A DNA stretch of 64,000 bases from Balanoglossus misakiensis. Taxonomy: Eukaryota; Animalia; Hemichordata. The stretch covers positions 7,548,844 through 7,612,843 of the forward strand of contig CM082588.2 in the NCBI GenBank assembly GCA_040954595.2. The letters run 5' to 3'. Both the position numbers and the translations under genes were made by a program. A model generated the notes under the pieces. The model saw nothing but the letters and a program-made list of their open reading frames with translations, did no database searches and was not told where the DNA came from. Of the stretch, positions 37,895-50,237 are shown piece by piece. Every line of letters begins with the position of its first letter. Position 1 is the first letter of the stretch.

Positions 37895-38873
37895 CCCTCA
37901 AGGTTTTCGGACAAGCGCGCGAAGCTCTGAGTTGACCAAGGCACAGTTTATGAACTTTACTCCGTTGTTTACAACCTATGGACAATGGTGTGTAGGAGTA
38001 TATACGTGTAAACCATTCGGCGTTCCAAAGATGGCGGCGACCAGCTGCTGTGGTACGTGAAACGTAAACACGAAATTAACCAGGGTTAGAAAGCCACAGT
38101 AAGAGAAATCAACACATGATCACTCACACCAAGAAACCCGTTAAATTTACTGCTTCGCGATGCAAACACAATATCATTGCCAATGGGATCGTGATCACTA
38201 CCCACTGCACTAACTTAGTTACACACATGTACACGTCCGTCCGTTCATCAGTTATCAATCATAGGACAGTTGAATATTGAAGTTTGCGAAAACCAGTGCA
38301 TGCGATTTATCAACTGGACACTTACCGATCATTCAAAAATAACAGCAAATATGCTCTGGTGTTGAAAGAAATAGGCAGACAAGCAGAATCCAATATGTCG
38401 TCGACTAAGAGAGGCCGGCGTTATAGAAAAGAAACTTTAGGTACATGCCAGTCAGCTTTTGTTTACTTGCTATGGGAACGAAATACAAGAATACACAATC
38501 TCAACGTCATCGTTTTGTGCGTACTTTATATTTATCCGCGGATTTGCTCTAAATTTGATGTTGTTTTACGCGGTATTGAGTTCAATGATTTTTAATGACA
38601 TTAAAATTATTTATACAACCGTAGACTAGGTAAAACAACATTTTTTTGTAGATAACAGCTAACGTCCACATATTTCGATGACGTCATGCTTTTTGCAAAA
38701 CATAGGCGGGGTACAGTTCGACGCTGTGTTCTGTGAATGTAACTTCCCCATCCACTTCCTGGTTATAATCTGTCCTATATCTTAGCCATCCTCGACGAAA
38801 GCATCCCTAATTCATCACATCGGCGAAGCCAATACAACTGAAATTCTAATCACAGCTGCAGTATTACTTCAAA
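37895..38873. promoter_or_regulatory. Divergent promoter/5'UTR region of LCA5 and SH3BGR
   Basis: About 980 bp between divergent ATGs, CpG-rich. YY1-like AAGATGGCGGC ~38028; forkhead TGTTTAC/GTAAACA ~37966, ~38064, 38460; X-box-like CTTGCTATGGGAAC 38466-38479; CRE TGACGTCA ~38679; GC box ~38705. Confidence 0.6.
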
Positions 38874-41800
38874 ATGGTTGTCAAAGTATATTATTCGAGT
38901 GTTTCGAGCTCAAAGGAGGTAAGATCAGTTGGTCCCCGGGATGTTGTGTATGTCTTCTGCTGTTCTCATCAATATTCTGCATACGTACAATGAACCCACA
39001 CCCAGGGCGTTGTACTGCGAAGTGCAGTTTCTTTACGTTTCTGACACTATTACATTTAGTAAGTTGTAGTGTCCAACGTGAAGAGATATGCATAACTATT
39101 ATTTTTGCAGCGACGATCATCTCATTCTGATATAAACAACACTGTTTTCATTCGTCGATTGTTGTTGTTTTGATCGTGTCACCTCATCTGTCGAACTGAT
39201 GACGAAATTGTTAACTTGTATGGCCTTTGCATTAGTAATTGGAATGCAGTTTGAGACATGAAAACTCGATAAAGTTCCCTTCAACAGGAAAAAAGAGGAT
39301 ATCTGTTTTCCTTCAATTTGTACGATTTCACTAAAGGTGCCCCGCCCCCATGTACGTGTCGCCAAGCATTGTTCTTTGGCGTTCTAGGTCGTATACTCAT
39401 CCACACATTGAATATGCAGTGTTTGACAAGGTTGTCTTTTGAAACAAATTCACTGTTCATTGCAACTTTGCGTCATTGATATATCGTCGATGGAGGTGCA
39501 GTCCTGAACGGTTAAAAGGAGGCCTTGTTTTGCTGAAATACCATTCAGATATAGACAGACATACCCTCTCCCACGAAGTATTATAAAGCAAAACAGGAAG
39601 GTAGTATATTCTTTTGTATGTGGTGGGCCTTCCCAGTTTAATATCTTGTTTGTCCAACTTTAACTTGAATATGTTACGAGTCCATAATGATCTAAATTTA
39701 GGCTTAGTTCCATGGCATAAGCTTGCATAACTGTTTCATAAGTTTGTACAATGATTTATAAAGACAAAGGTAGAACACATACAAACCAGAACAGGGAAGT
39801 AGTGAAATAGTAATATTTGAATGTTTGCATACATGTCATCATGTTAACAAGTTGAGGTATGCTGACCTCTGCAATATGCAAATACAATAATTTCAAACCT
39901 AATATACTTCAATCGTGTACAGTAATGTACGTACTACAGGGTAGGTTCAAGCCAGTCCAGTTTATGTATTACTATTGATTCAAAGGTCAGATGGTGAGAT
40001 CCTAAAGGCATGTGAAACAAGCCTTTTGTCTGAGGATTAATATAAGTTTGGACTTTGGCCCATATCAGGTGCCGGAGTATCCACATCACATCATAATTAT
40101 TTTTATAATGTTTTGACAATGTCATATATTGGGGCCACATATACCATACTGATTGATCTTGCAATGTAGCTGGTTAGAAAAGATGCCTGAGTACTGACAG
40201 TCTTTGAGTTTTGGGAATTGTAAACAAACATTTTTCCATGGGAAAATTGTTTTCCCTGCTATTTTGAGAGCTTCTTTTAGAATTGTTTGTTGAAGTCGAC
40301 AGAAAACGTGCTTCTTCTTTCTCAGCGACCAATCACAGCTGCTAAAAGTTTTAATAAATCTCTCTGAGTGAAAATACTACATGTACACCTCTCAAATGAA
40401 AAAGTTCTTCCTGACTGGTGATATTGCTATATAAGGAGGATGGTAATATTAAAGACAAGGTTTTAATTTTTGTTTTATCTCAAATTTTTTTCGACAGATA
40501 AAAAAACACCAACAGAGTGTATTTATGGTGCTCGAAGCAAAGAAGATTGAATTTGAAAGAATCGACATATCCATTGACGAAGAAGCTAAAACTTTCATGT
40601 GGGAGAACAGCAAAAAGCCGGAAAGTGGTAAACCCCTCCCACCACAGATCTACAGTGATGACCAGTACTGTGGGGTAAGCTGAGATGTGATCATGTGTAT
40701 TAACCCGTCCACCACTATGGTTCAGTCCAAACCCATTGTTTTCTATGGTAAAGTTGGACCTGTGTATAGGGAACTGGGGGAGAAAGGGTTAAGCTGAGAT
40801 GTGTATTAACCCTTTCACCACAATGGTTCAGTCCAAATCCATTGTTTTCTATGGTAAAGTTGGACCAGTGTATAGGGAACTGGGGGTGAAATGGTTAAGC
40901 TCAGATGTGTATTTATACCATGCTCATTTTGCCCGTAGAACATAAATAGTTAACAAAGTCCATTTTAACAGATAAGTCTTAATTACAGGGTTACCATTTT
41001 TGTACATACCCCCCAATTCTTGATATATCATCATCTTTTTTCAGGATTTTTTTCCATCAAGGTTTATAGTGTGCAAACTATCATTTCTTAAGATCATAAA
41101 TATACATTGTTTGCATTCTACAGAAAACGTACTACCTCCAGATAAATTGTAGTTAGATATTATTTGAATGAAAAATATTCAAGTACTTGTAGTAGATACG
41201 ATAAGTAGATGTACATGAATTCACAATCAGGGAATATCTGATAGACCCAAGGGAAGTTAAGCCATGTAGATATTTCCCATGTGACAAGAACAGGCAATGA
41301 ATCTTTTCATAGCTTTGTGCAGGAGAATAAAAAAAAATTGACAAATTGCATTTTATTGTGCCTTCACACATTAGGGAAATTTATCAATAGGAATTATCCT
41401 ATTAGTAATTTAAATTTGTCTGGTATCAATTTTAATGATCTGTATGATACATTTTGTATATTTCACAAATTAATATTTCTCCATATGTCCCATTGGCATG
41501 GAAATGGATCTGGTACAGGTGTTAATTTGACAACAATGCAGATTCATGATTTTCGCTAGTGAAATTAGCATATTTGAATATTGCCATGGTGATTTCATCG
41601 CCAAACTCCATACAGTGGTACTACTAAAGGCTGCCGCACACGAGAGAAATCAGCTGAGCAAACCGCCATTCGAGGAATTTTGCTCAGCAAGTTTCTCTCG
41701 TGTGCGGTGGTCTTGAGTAATTTTCCTCGCGAGGAAAAAAATATCAAACATGTTGAATATCGTGATCCGCGGCGCAAAAGTAAAAAGACCAGGAAAAATC

Positions 41801-43288
41801 GCCCGCACACGGGAGGAAAATTGCTGAGCAAAATTTCATGAATGACTTTTTGCTCAGCTAATTTCTCTCGTGTGCGGCGGCCTTAAAAAACTGATAGATG
41901 TAGAAACTCTTATTAACACAGGAATAGCAAAGTACTGAAAATAACTTTCCACTAACAAATGACCAAACATGAAAGTTAATCTTGTGCATGACTGACTGTA
42001 GGCACAAACTGCATGTAGCGTGTTTGCTTCAGAAGAGAGCTCTGTTTGCATGGCAACGACACAACAAACATGTCAACAGATAAAAAACCGATAAACAAGT
42101 AAGTACTAATTTAACAATTTTAGTTTAGTTGCATTAAACATTCATTTCACCCATTGGGAATTAATCCATACAGGTACTAAATACTAAATTGGGATATTAA
42201 AATTTCATACTAGTTTGCAATTTGGGGGAATAGGAATTAATCTGGGGTAAGGTGTAATGCTTAGTATATGCTCTAACTATCTGAAGAAGTGTAGAAGTAA
42301 TTTCTTAAGACCTGAAGGGACTTGCATTTTTTGCAAGTGTGAGGGCAGACACCTCATACTGTTACCCAAATATGGTCAGGCAATATGTGCCTTGAAAGAC
42401 ATTTCAAATGCATGTACTTGGCACTGTGATCTATCTGTGGTCTAAATGCTAACTGACACCAGCTTTTAATAGTGAATGATATTGATAGTGTTTTTTGCTT
42501 ATGCTGGGGAACATTGATAAATGATTTGGGAACCTTGTTATCATTTTTGTTGCGTACTATCTAGTATGACTGCATCGAAAAAAAACCCCAAGAGAATCTT
42601 TGTCAAATGTCTATAGGGAACTCTGGTAACATTTACCTGGGTACCACCCTTTACCAAAACACACTGATAAACATGTCTCATAAGAATGGCATATACTATG
42701 AGTCCATTGATTATATCGAGAGAGTCAGTGATTTTTTCAGTCTAAAAAGCATGATATCATTTCCATAATTGGTCAAGTCGTATAAAATGCCATCATCGTC
42801 GTAGATACTCAATTTATGTTAACTTCCTGAAACGGTATTGAATATTGAGGAAACCAGTATTTTTGAGTGCAGAATAGTTTAGCTTCATGTTTAGTATCAC
42901 CCCTTAACTACTATTGCCACTAATACAAGGAAAGACCCGAAAATGCATGTAAATGCTATGTCCTGAATATTTGGCTTTTGGTTACAGTAGCATCTATGCA
43001 CATCAAAAAAGACAGTTTTCCAAGTCCTATACCCCCACCTCACACACACACACACACACAATGACATTATGTACAAATCTACAGTAACATAGGCATGCAC
43101 ATCCAAAGCAAATACTAATCACATCATTTTTGTCAATCACTCGAAATTTTCATGTGTTCAACTTCTTTCTCGCGATTCCTTTGCAGAACTATGATGATTT
43201 TGATGAGGCCAACGAAACAAAGAAGCTGCGTCGATTCCTCCAACTTTCGGACCCCGAGCCCCTGGAAGATGACGATGAACAGCAGTGA
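38874..43288 (+). CDS. SH3BGRL: SH3BGR/SH3BGRL family thioredoxin-fold protein (107 aa with exon 3a)
   Basis: Exons 38874-38918 (MVVKVYYSSVSSSKE), 40498-40674 (IKKHQQSVFMVLEAKKIEFERIDI...PLPPQIYSDDQYCG), 43187-43288 (NYDDFDEANETKKLRRFLQLSDPEPLEDDDEQQ*), all phase 0. Missed by the ORF track. Confidence 0.93.
40700..40898. mobile_element. Two tandem copies of a ~90-bp piggyBac-like MITE (family E)
   Basis: TTAA|CCC ... GGG|TTAA. Other copies: 28915-29007, 51176-51265, ~53146-53236, ~56781-56873, 57406-57498, ~60286-60378, ~62566-62655, 62885-62977, 63564-63646. Confidence 0.8.
41628..41883. mobile_element. PIF/Harbinger-like MITE
   Basis: TAA|AGGCTGCCGCACACGAGAGAAAT ... ATTTCTCTCGTGTGCGGCGGCCT|TAA; 3-bp TAA TSD; internal repeats of the TIR. 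Confidence 0.75.
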
Positions 43289-44354
43289 TGGAGATTCCAT
43301 CTTGTGTTGATGGGAAATATTGCCGTTGTAGTTCTAACTAACTGTCAGTAACATGTGCTTTCTGTCTCTGTAGAGATTTCATTCAAAGCCTCTTCTATGG
43401 TGGTAGTGGTTGGGGGGGGGGGGGGGGGGGGTAAAACCCTCTTGTAGATGAAATTTACAATGAGCCAATTCTTGATTTGTTCATATTTTTTTAACGAGTT
43501 GAAGATAACAATAATTGAGGAGTATGATTGATGCCATCAATAACATCGCGAGGGAACAAATATACCCATGATTGTAAATTACAATAACAAACTGCTTTTC
43601 CAACTTTCAAAAATTTGTATATCCAGTTTTCATACATCACTTATTTTGCAGTATGAAAATATTTACAACAAAATATATTCCCAACTGGAAATCAAGTATT
43701 TCATTCCAACTTCCATACACCACTGAAATTGCATTTAATATCAACTTTGATGAACTTCTAAGTGGTAGATCATTGATATTCAAGTCAAGAGGCCAAATTT
43801 TGATCATTATAAATGCTTCCTAAAACCAATATGTAAGATGTACAGAATGACTAATTGAAAAACAGAAAAAAAGACCTACTGTATACTGCCTAACAGTAAA
43901 ATCTGCCAATAGAAGACAATATTCTGTATATCTTGTTTTCTCTCCAACACATATTTTATTAGTGTGCAATTAAATCATTTAATCGAGTCAGATTAGACTC
44001 AAATAATTTTGGGCTGTATCAGATAATCAAAAATTATGTGGTATGACTGTTTATTGTTGATTGCAACCAGGTTGTAATTTCTTATTCCACTCTTTGAGGC
44101 ATGATCAAAAAACACTGTCCAGTATTCAGTTTTATTGTGAAGTCTGGACTTCATTCAGATCTCATCAATAACCAAGCAAGATTTGTTATAACTGAGTTGA
44201 GTACTTCCGCATCTTTAAGAGAGTCAGCCAAGAATCTGTTGTCGATAACAGAACAGAAATGTATTACAGCAAATTAGAAGACTTATCAAGCAATCAATTG
44301 AGAAGATTTATAAATGTTGCGTCTCTTTAGTGGAAAATGACCTTGATTCACGCG

Positions 44355-44372
44355 CACCGGTAGAGGGCGCTA
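44355..44372 (+). promoter_or_regulatory. CTCF-like motif
   Basis: CACCGGTAGAGGGCGCTA, between SH3BGR coding exons 3a and 3b. Confidence 0.5.
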
Positions 44373-45335
44373 TACCATGGATTAGTGAACTCTCTTCTCT
44401 ATCATTATAACATGACATGAAACTTTTCGTGGTATAGATTAACCGTGGTATAGATTAACCATTTTGACTGAAATGTTTATAGCGATCGTATACAACTGAA
44501 TTTCCAGATAAAGGCTTACGTTTTGTTTGAAGTTCAGTAATGATTTTTACCTTGAGGTTGGCATAAATCGGGAAAATTTTAAAATATTTTGACCAGGGAA
44601 ACATAACCCACAATTACAAAGATGGTGTTATAACAATGATTCATGATTCAAGGGTGTAGTCATATACTGTCAAGGGGGGGGGGGTAGAGAGTGTCCTTGA
44701 AAGATAGCTCTTTCAGTCTAATTTGTATTGTACTGATGACATTTTCTAGATGTTGCTCAAGCAAAGTTGCCACACTCAAACTATATAATGTGGACAGATG
44801 TGATCACAATGTCTCCATACATAGAATATGTACTCTGTATTTACACATGATGTGCTCAATACAACTCACTGTAACTGCTTTCGTGTGTACATCACATTGA
44901 GCTTGTATATCATTATTTCAAGTCAATAAATTTTAAGTTTAACATTCTTGCTGTGTTGTGGTTCATTCAGTGAAAATCTCCCCCCGAATCAGTTATTTGT
45001 TGGATAAATTTCATGGTGTGTATCAGGTATGACTATATGGTTACCGCGCTCTATTTTTAGATAAACTTTGCTAAATATTTTTCCCATAGACAAACCATTG
45101 GTGAAAATTGTTGAGTCAGCAGTTTTCATCTATTATCGACTAAATTCATGGCTCTGTATTTCAAAAACAAGCACGGTGACCCCTTCATTTTATCGCAGAT
45201 TTTCATTATACATACACAAGATAATCTAAAAATCAACAATTAAAAGAAATGACAATACTTTCAATTTTGACGAACGTGCATCCTTAATCATAGTAGCCAT
45301 ATCTCTAAATTCATTCTGTTTTCCTCCATCAACAG

Positions 45336-45401
45336 GACTATGATGATCTGGAGCTGTCACTTGAAGACGAAAAACTGGAAACCTTCTTGAAGATGTCATA
45401 A
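45336..45401 (+). CDS. SH3BGR alternative last coding exon 3b (DYDDLELSLEDEKLETFLKMS*)
   Basis: Polypyrimidine acceptor ttcctccatcaacag|GAC TAT GAT GAT, phase 0; aligns without gaps to exon 3a and to the family C-terminal pattern DY....E...L..FL.L; AATAAA ~45637. Confidence 0.8.
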   Translation, partial: DYDDLELSLEDEKLETFLKMS

Positions 45402-48162
45402 ATGGACGAAGAATGACGATAACCATTAGTACAGCAGCTGTCAGAGAAAACACCAGAAGACGAGTATTTTGTTTACAATGGATAATTGCTTGTCGATGTC
45501 TTTCTCGACAACATTTGTATGTATACAGGGCTGAAACACTAGTTGCAGAATTTTTGGACTATTTGAATTTTGAACATTTCTATACAGATGCTTGTTATTT
45601 TTTTGGTGGCAGAGTTATAAATGGAATCTCTTGAGTAATAAAGTCAGACACGTTTGAAGTATGGTATTTTATGTATATCTGATCCAGAATATGTCAAATT
45701 GACGAGATTGATCAGTTGTTTGATATATGAAACCTCACATGGATTATTACTCTGTAGACTGCCCATACTTGCTTTTGGGCCTTTAACCAAATTTCACAGT
45801 ATTCTGACTGTTTGAATTTCATTTCAATGCAGTAATATCACGATGAAGATTCAGAATTAGCAAAATCAGTTGTGGGCAGTCTATGGGTCCCAATTAGGTA
45901 AATAACCAATGGGTTTTGCAATGTTGAAAATGGTATCGGATCATTCAAAATATGCCCTTCAAGAATACCTACATGTACATTCTGCCCCTGCATCAGATCG
46001 ATTCCTGTTTTTATGTTGCACAGTTTATTAACCCATACATTTTCTGATGGTATAATCATAAGCTATAGACAAAAAAATTAATAATTAAAAAAAAATCTTT
46101 AAAAAGGTTACATTCTAAAGTACAAAATTAGTGTTCTTGCGGGCAATACACTTTGAACTCAAAAATGAAGTAGTTTTATTCCAAGTCGATGAGCTCAGAG
46201 CTTGAACGCATAGTCAGAATTTGATTGCCTTGTCATTTTCATGTATATATCATTCTCTGAATGAGTTCCACCAGGTCAAAGGTCGATAAACATGCCTCAT
46301 TTCACCAACAAATCAACCAATTTGAAAATTCACAGTTCCGGTACATTGAAAATCACAATCTGTTCAAGTATTGATACAAGATTTTCTCAAAAGAAACATC
46401 GCAATTACTGACAGATAAAATATAGATTTATATTTTATACGCATTTGAAATGTAGTTTCTGGTCTGTGTTTAATTTGCATTGAAGATCCTTTTGTTAGTC
46501 ATTTTGCCAAGCACTTGAGATAATTAATTAATTAATCAAATTAATTAATTGAAATTAATGAATTTGGTGTAAAAATGTTACGCTTGCCGAGCTTAGTAAC
46601 TTAGTGTTTCTTTAAATGCTTAGTTATTGACATTTGACCTAAAAGTAAGTTGATTATATTTTGTATTTTGTAGTTAAGGTTTAGGACATACATGTACTGA
46701 AGAATATCTTAGTAGATGGTAGTTATGATCTGAAAGCAAGGACTGTAATGATATTTGTTTTATCTTGTTTAACCACTACGCATTATATTTTTTACCAGTA
46801 TCTTACTTTCAACACGTCAGATACTGACAGACATTTGTAAACTTTTTCTTTTTCTTTCCCCAATTGCTATCTTCCAACCAAGAGGGCAGTATAAAACTTG
46901 TACAACCTAATACCACTTTGCTTTGTACCAGTCATAGTTGTGGGGAACTCTGCTGAAATGTTTAGAGAAACCCACTAAAATTTCTCAATTGTTGATACTG
47001 CCCTTTAAGAAAACCAATTTTGCTGATCAATTCTTGTCTCTACTCTTGCAAAAAATAAAAACAATTCTGAACACAACTTTCCAGATGACTGATGTACTGC
47101 CAGGTTATTTAGTTGTAAGTCAAATGATTTTCAAGAAGGTAATTTTGCATATGAATTTTACTAGCTTTTAATTGAGTATAACATTTGTTTTCTGTAGATT
47201 ATAATTTGTAAAGTGTTGATACCTGACAAAATGCATTGTAGTTGTTTCTAGTTAAATTACAACTTTTATCAGTTGATAAATAACAGTATTCAGAAATGGA
47301 ATTTTAATTTTTGTCACTACTAGGGAGTGGATAGCAAAACATTGTCTGACAGTATAATGAAGCAAAAATAAAAAAAATCGGAATTTGGGGCACCTTTTCT
47401 TCATATTACAAAAAATGACTGATCTGCAGAAACTTGTCTTCAGTTTGTAATGTTTAACTCTCTTCATTCCAAATACACCAACAATTCTACAGTATGAGAT
47501 TTGACATTTTCTCATCTATTCACCCCTCAATTGTGAGTTGGTCTTCTTCAATGCTTTTCCTGCTCTCTGCTAAGTTTCATTTCCCGTGAATAAAAACATG
47601 ACACATTTCATGAGGGCGGGGTAACTATTGACAGTTCCCGCGCAACTGTGCCACAGTGTTGAACTTGAAACCAAACATGAACTTCAGCAAAGTGCAGGAC
47701 TAGATTATCAAGAGCTTTCCTTGTTGATCAGAAACTCATCCCTTCCCCGATCTACCTAGTCACACTATAAAAACCAAAACCATACAGCGTTTTTTTTAAT
47801 TCCATTCTTTCCAAAGTCATGAAGTTCTTCCCATATCAGCCAAGTTATAAACATCTCATTCCAAAAGACTTGTCAGTAGACAACTTTTCATTTGTACACA
47901 TTCCACGTACATTTCATCAAAAATGTTACATTACAAATCCTGATGGAAAATCATTCCTGAAATACAATTTTTTTGTGAAATTTTAAATCTTATTTTAACA
48001 AGAACTTGTTTTGTGATTATAAGAACTACATCTGATAAAATATGGATATTTTTTGTGTAGTACAAGTTCATCCACACACTGAAATGGGACCAAAGAAATG
48101 TTTTTATTTCTCCTGGTCAACGTTGTCTCAGTTTTATTTACAAGGATTAACATCTTGCAAAG

Positions 48163-48364
48163 AATTGTGTGCAAATGTTTTCTGCATTGATGAATTCACA
48201 AAACTGGATTTATCAACAGAGCTGTTGTATAATTTCTCAGCAATGTGTACATTCCGTTTCCAATTGTGTGCAAATGTTTTCTGCATTGATGAATTCACAA
48301 AACTGGATTGATCAACAGAGCTGTTGTATAATTTCTCAGCAATGTGTACATTCCGTTTCCAATT
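48163..48364. repeat. Near-perfect 99-bp tandem duplication
   Basis: AATTGTGTGCAAATGTTTTCTGCATTGATG... starts at 48163 and again at 48262. Confidence 0.9.
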
Positions 48365-48644
48365 CAAGTATATTCTGATTTTTTTTAACCTGAAACTATT
48401 GTAGAATTTCTGATAATCTTCCTAAACTTTGTAATCATTGAAATTTGGGATTTCTTGCATTGTATTTACTGTACTTATGTGAAGTGCGAATTAAAATTCT
48501 CATAAGAAAAATCGTGTTGCAATCGTATATCTTTCTACCTTGTACAGTCAGACCTGCGTTTAACCTCTGTACAGTGGATACTTGCCTATAACAGCCATTT
48601 TGTTCCAGTCCCTATGCAAATAGCCTTGTCTCCAAAATAATAAT

Positions 48645-48860
48645 ATAAATATTAATAATAGTAATAATAGTTCTTATATAGCGCACATATCCACAATATT
48701 TCGTGATCAAGGCGCTTTACAACAATTATTACCCCTAGTCATTGGACCTAAATATTCCATCCAACTCCTTGGGGACAGACAACAGCTCACATGTGCAGCC
48801 ATAAGCGCAGCAGAGCTAAATACACACATTGCAATCTATGTCCTAACAGGTAATCCCCAA
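48645..48860 (-). mobile_element. Probable 5'-truncated SINE fragment with L2-like 3' tail
   Basis: (AAT)n followed by TTATATAGCGC...TCAAGGCGCTTTACA, the antisense pattern of L2-type 3' ends; assignment from recall only. Confidence 0.45.
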
Positions 48861-49774
48861 ATGGGACCACATTGTCCTTGGATGCTATTTTTGACAATTT
48901 TCATGAGCTATAACCCATGAAAATGACAAAATATAAACCAATGTTTGCAAGATTTGGGCTACTGTAGACCTCTGATCTACTGATATGGGGATCACACAGG
49001 ACCATTAAGACGTTTCTGAAACGTTTCGAATTTACACAAGTGTGACCGTGGTATTAGGTTATTTTGGCTCTTTTGAGAGACCAGTGCATATCTGTGTCAA
49101 AATCATAGCAACCAGGGTATAATTGTCACTTAATTCAAACATCAACTGGACAAATTCTCAGTGTGCAAGAATCCTTGAAGTGTCACGTGATGCATACTTT
49201 AAATTCTTTGTGTAGTAGTGGAGACAATAGTGGATAATTATTTGCAATTAAAAGATTCTTGAAGAAAAAAGGAGAGTGCATGTACATGACATTGATACAT
49301 TATCTGGTGTGGGCTTGGTATGTAAAGGTATGTATGCAAAACATTCCTTGCTCAGAATGAATGGAGATCAATCAAGCATAGAAAAACGTGGAATAGCCAT
49401 ACCTGGTTATTGCCATGGTGACTAAATTACTCTGTGAAGAGTATAGAACTATCCGTTCAAGATGTTTATGCCCAAAATGCAGTATGTGACAAATTGCGTC
49501 CAACCAAATAACATATTTCACATGTTAAAAGATGTCTTCAGTTTTAACCCATTTTCATCATCATGAGTGCAAATGTACATGTTATAAACGTTTTTTCTAC
49601 AATGAATTACACAGGAGGGAGAAGCTAAACAAGAAGGCGCTTAAAATATGACTGAAAATAAAAAAATACAGCTGCGAATTCAAGAAATTCTTACCTTGAA
49701 AAGTTTTATCGGCGTCGCCACTTCCGTCAACAATGCCATGTGTAGTGGCCTCGCTTTGAGGTCAAATTCATTAT

Positions 49775-49791
49775 GGCCACGAGAGGGCGCT
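49775..49791 (+). promoter_or_regulatory. CTCF-like motif
   Basis: GGCCACGAGAGGGCGCT, between the 3' ends of SH3BGR and the RhoGAP gene. Confidence 0.55.
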
Positions 49792-49798
49792 GAACTTA

Positions 49799-50131
49799 TT
49801 AAAGGTATACGGTCATCTACAACAAACTAGATGAGCTCAAGCAGTACTCTGTAACCTACCGGCCTCCTTTTTCACATTGTCTGCTTGGAGATGACACCTT
49901 ATTTTGGAAGTGTGCCCTCTTTATGAAAAAGCCTATAATGTCATGATTCATGAAGTGTTCTGTTACATGTGTAACAGACAGAAATTAACACAAGTGCAGT
50001 CAAACCTGCCCATTATGTGGGTGGCACACGCGAAAAAAAGAGCTCCACCATATGTTCCTTTAGAACGCTCAAGTACGCCATTTCAGCCATTTATGGGCGT
50101 ATCTAAATTGGAGGTGACTGTACACTTTTAA
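49799..50131. mobile_element. Kolobok-like MITE family B, copy 3 (longer variant, inverted)
   Basis: TTAAAGGTATACGGTCA start; right part matches family B; extra internal sequence. Confidence 0.65.
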
Positions 50132-50142
50132 CAGCAGAAAAG

Positions 50143-50237
50143 CATTCTCGCCCCACCAGACTACGGATTTCTTTCGTTTCACTTTTTGCGGGGAGCAGAG
50201 CGCTGCCGTAAAAGGGAGGCCGTGGTTTGCGACGATG
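50143..50237. mobile_element. 95-bp GC-rich insertion with 8-bp TSD (P-element- or hAT-like)
   Basis: CAGAAAAG|CATTCTCGC ... GCGACGATG|CAGAAAAG; imperfect CAT..ATG termini. Confidence 0.55.

Noticed and set aside
38031-38052. ATGGCGGCG as an alternative SH3BGR start
   Set aside because: The nearby donor is phase 1 whereas exon 2 needs phase 0; better read as a YY1-like motif.
41046-41153. Possible third SH3BGR last exon (DFFPSRFIVCKLSFLKI...)
   Set aside because: Acceptor is plausible, but the peptide lacks the DY and acidic residues and needs gaps to align.
48042-48378. Repeat-containing ORFs or a CRISPR-like array
   Set aside because: A simple 99-bp tandem duplication with no spacers, in eukaryotic context.
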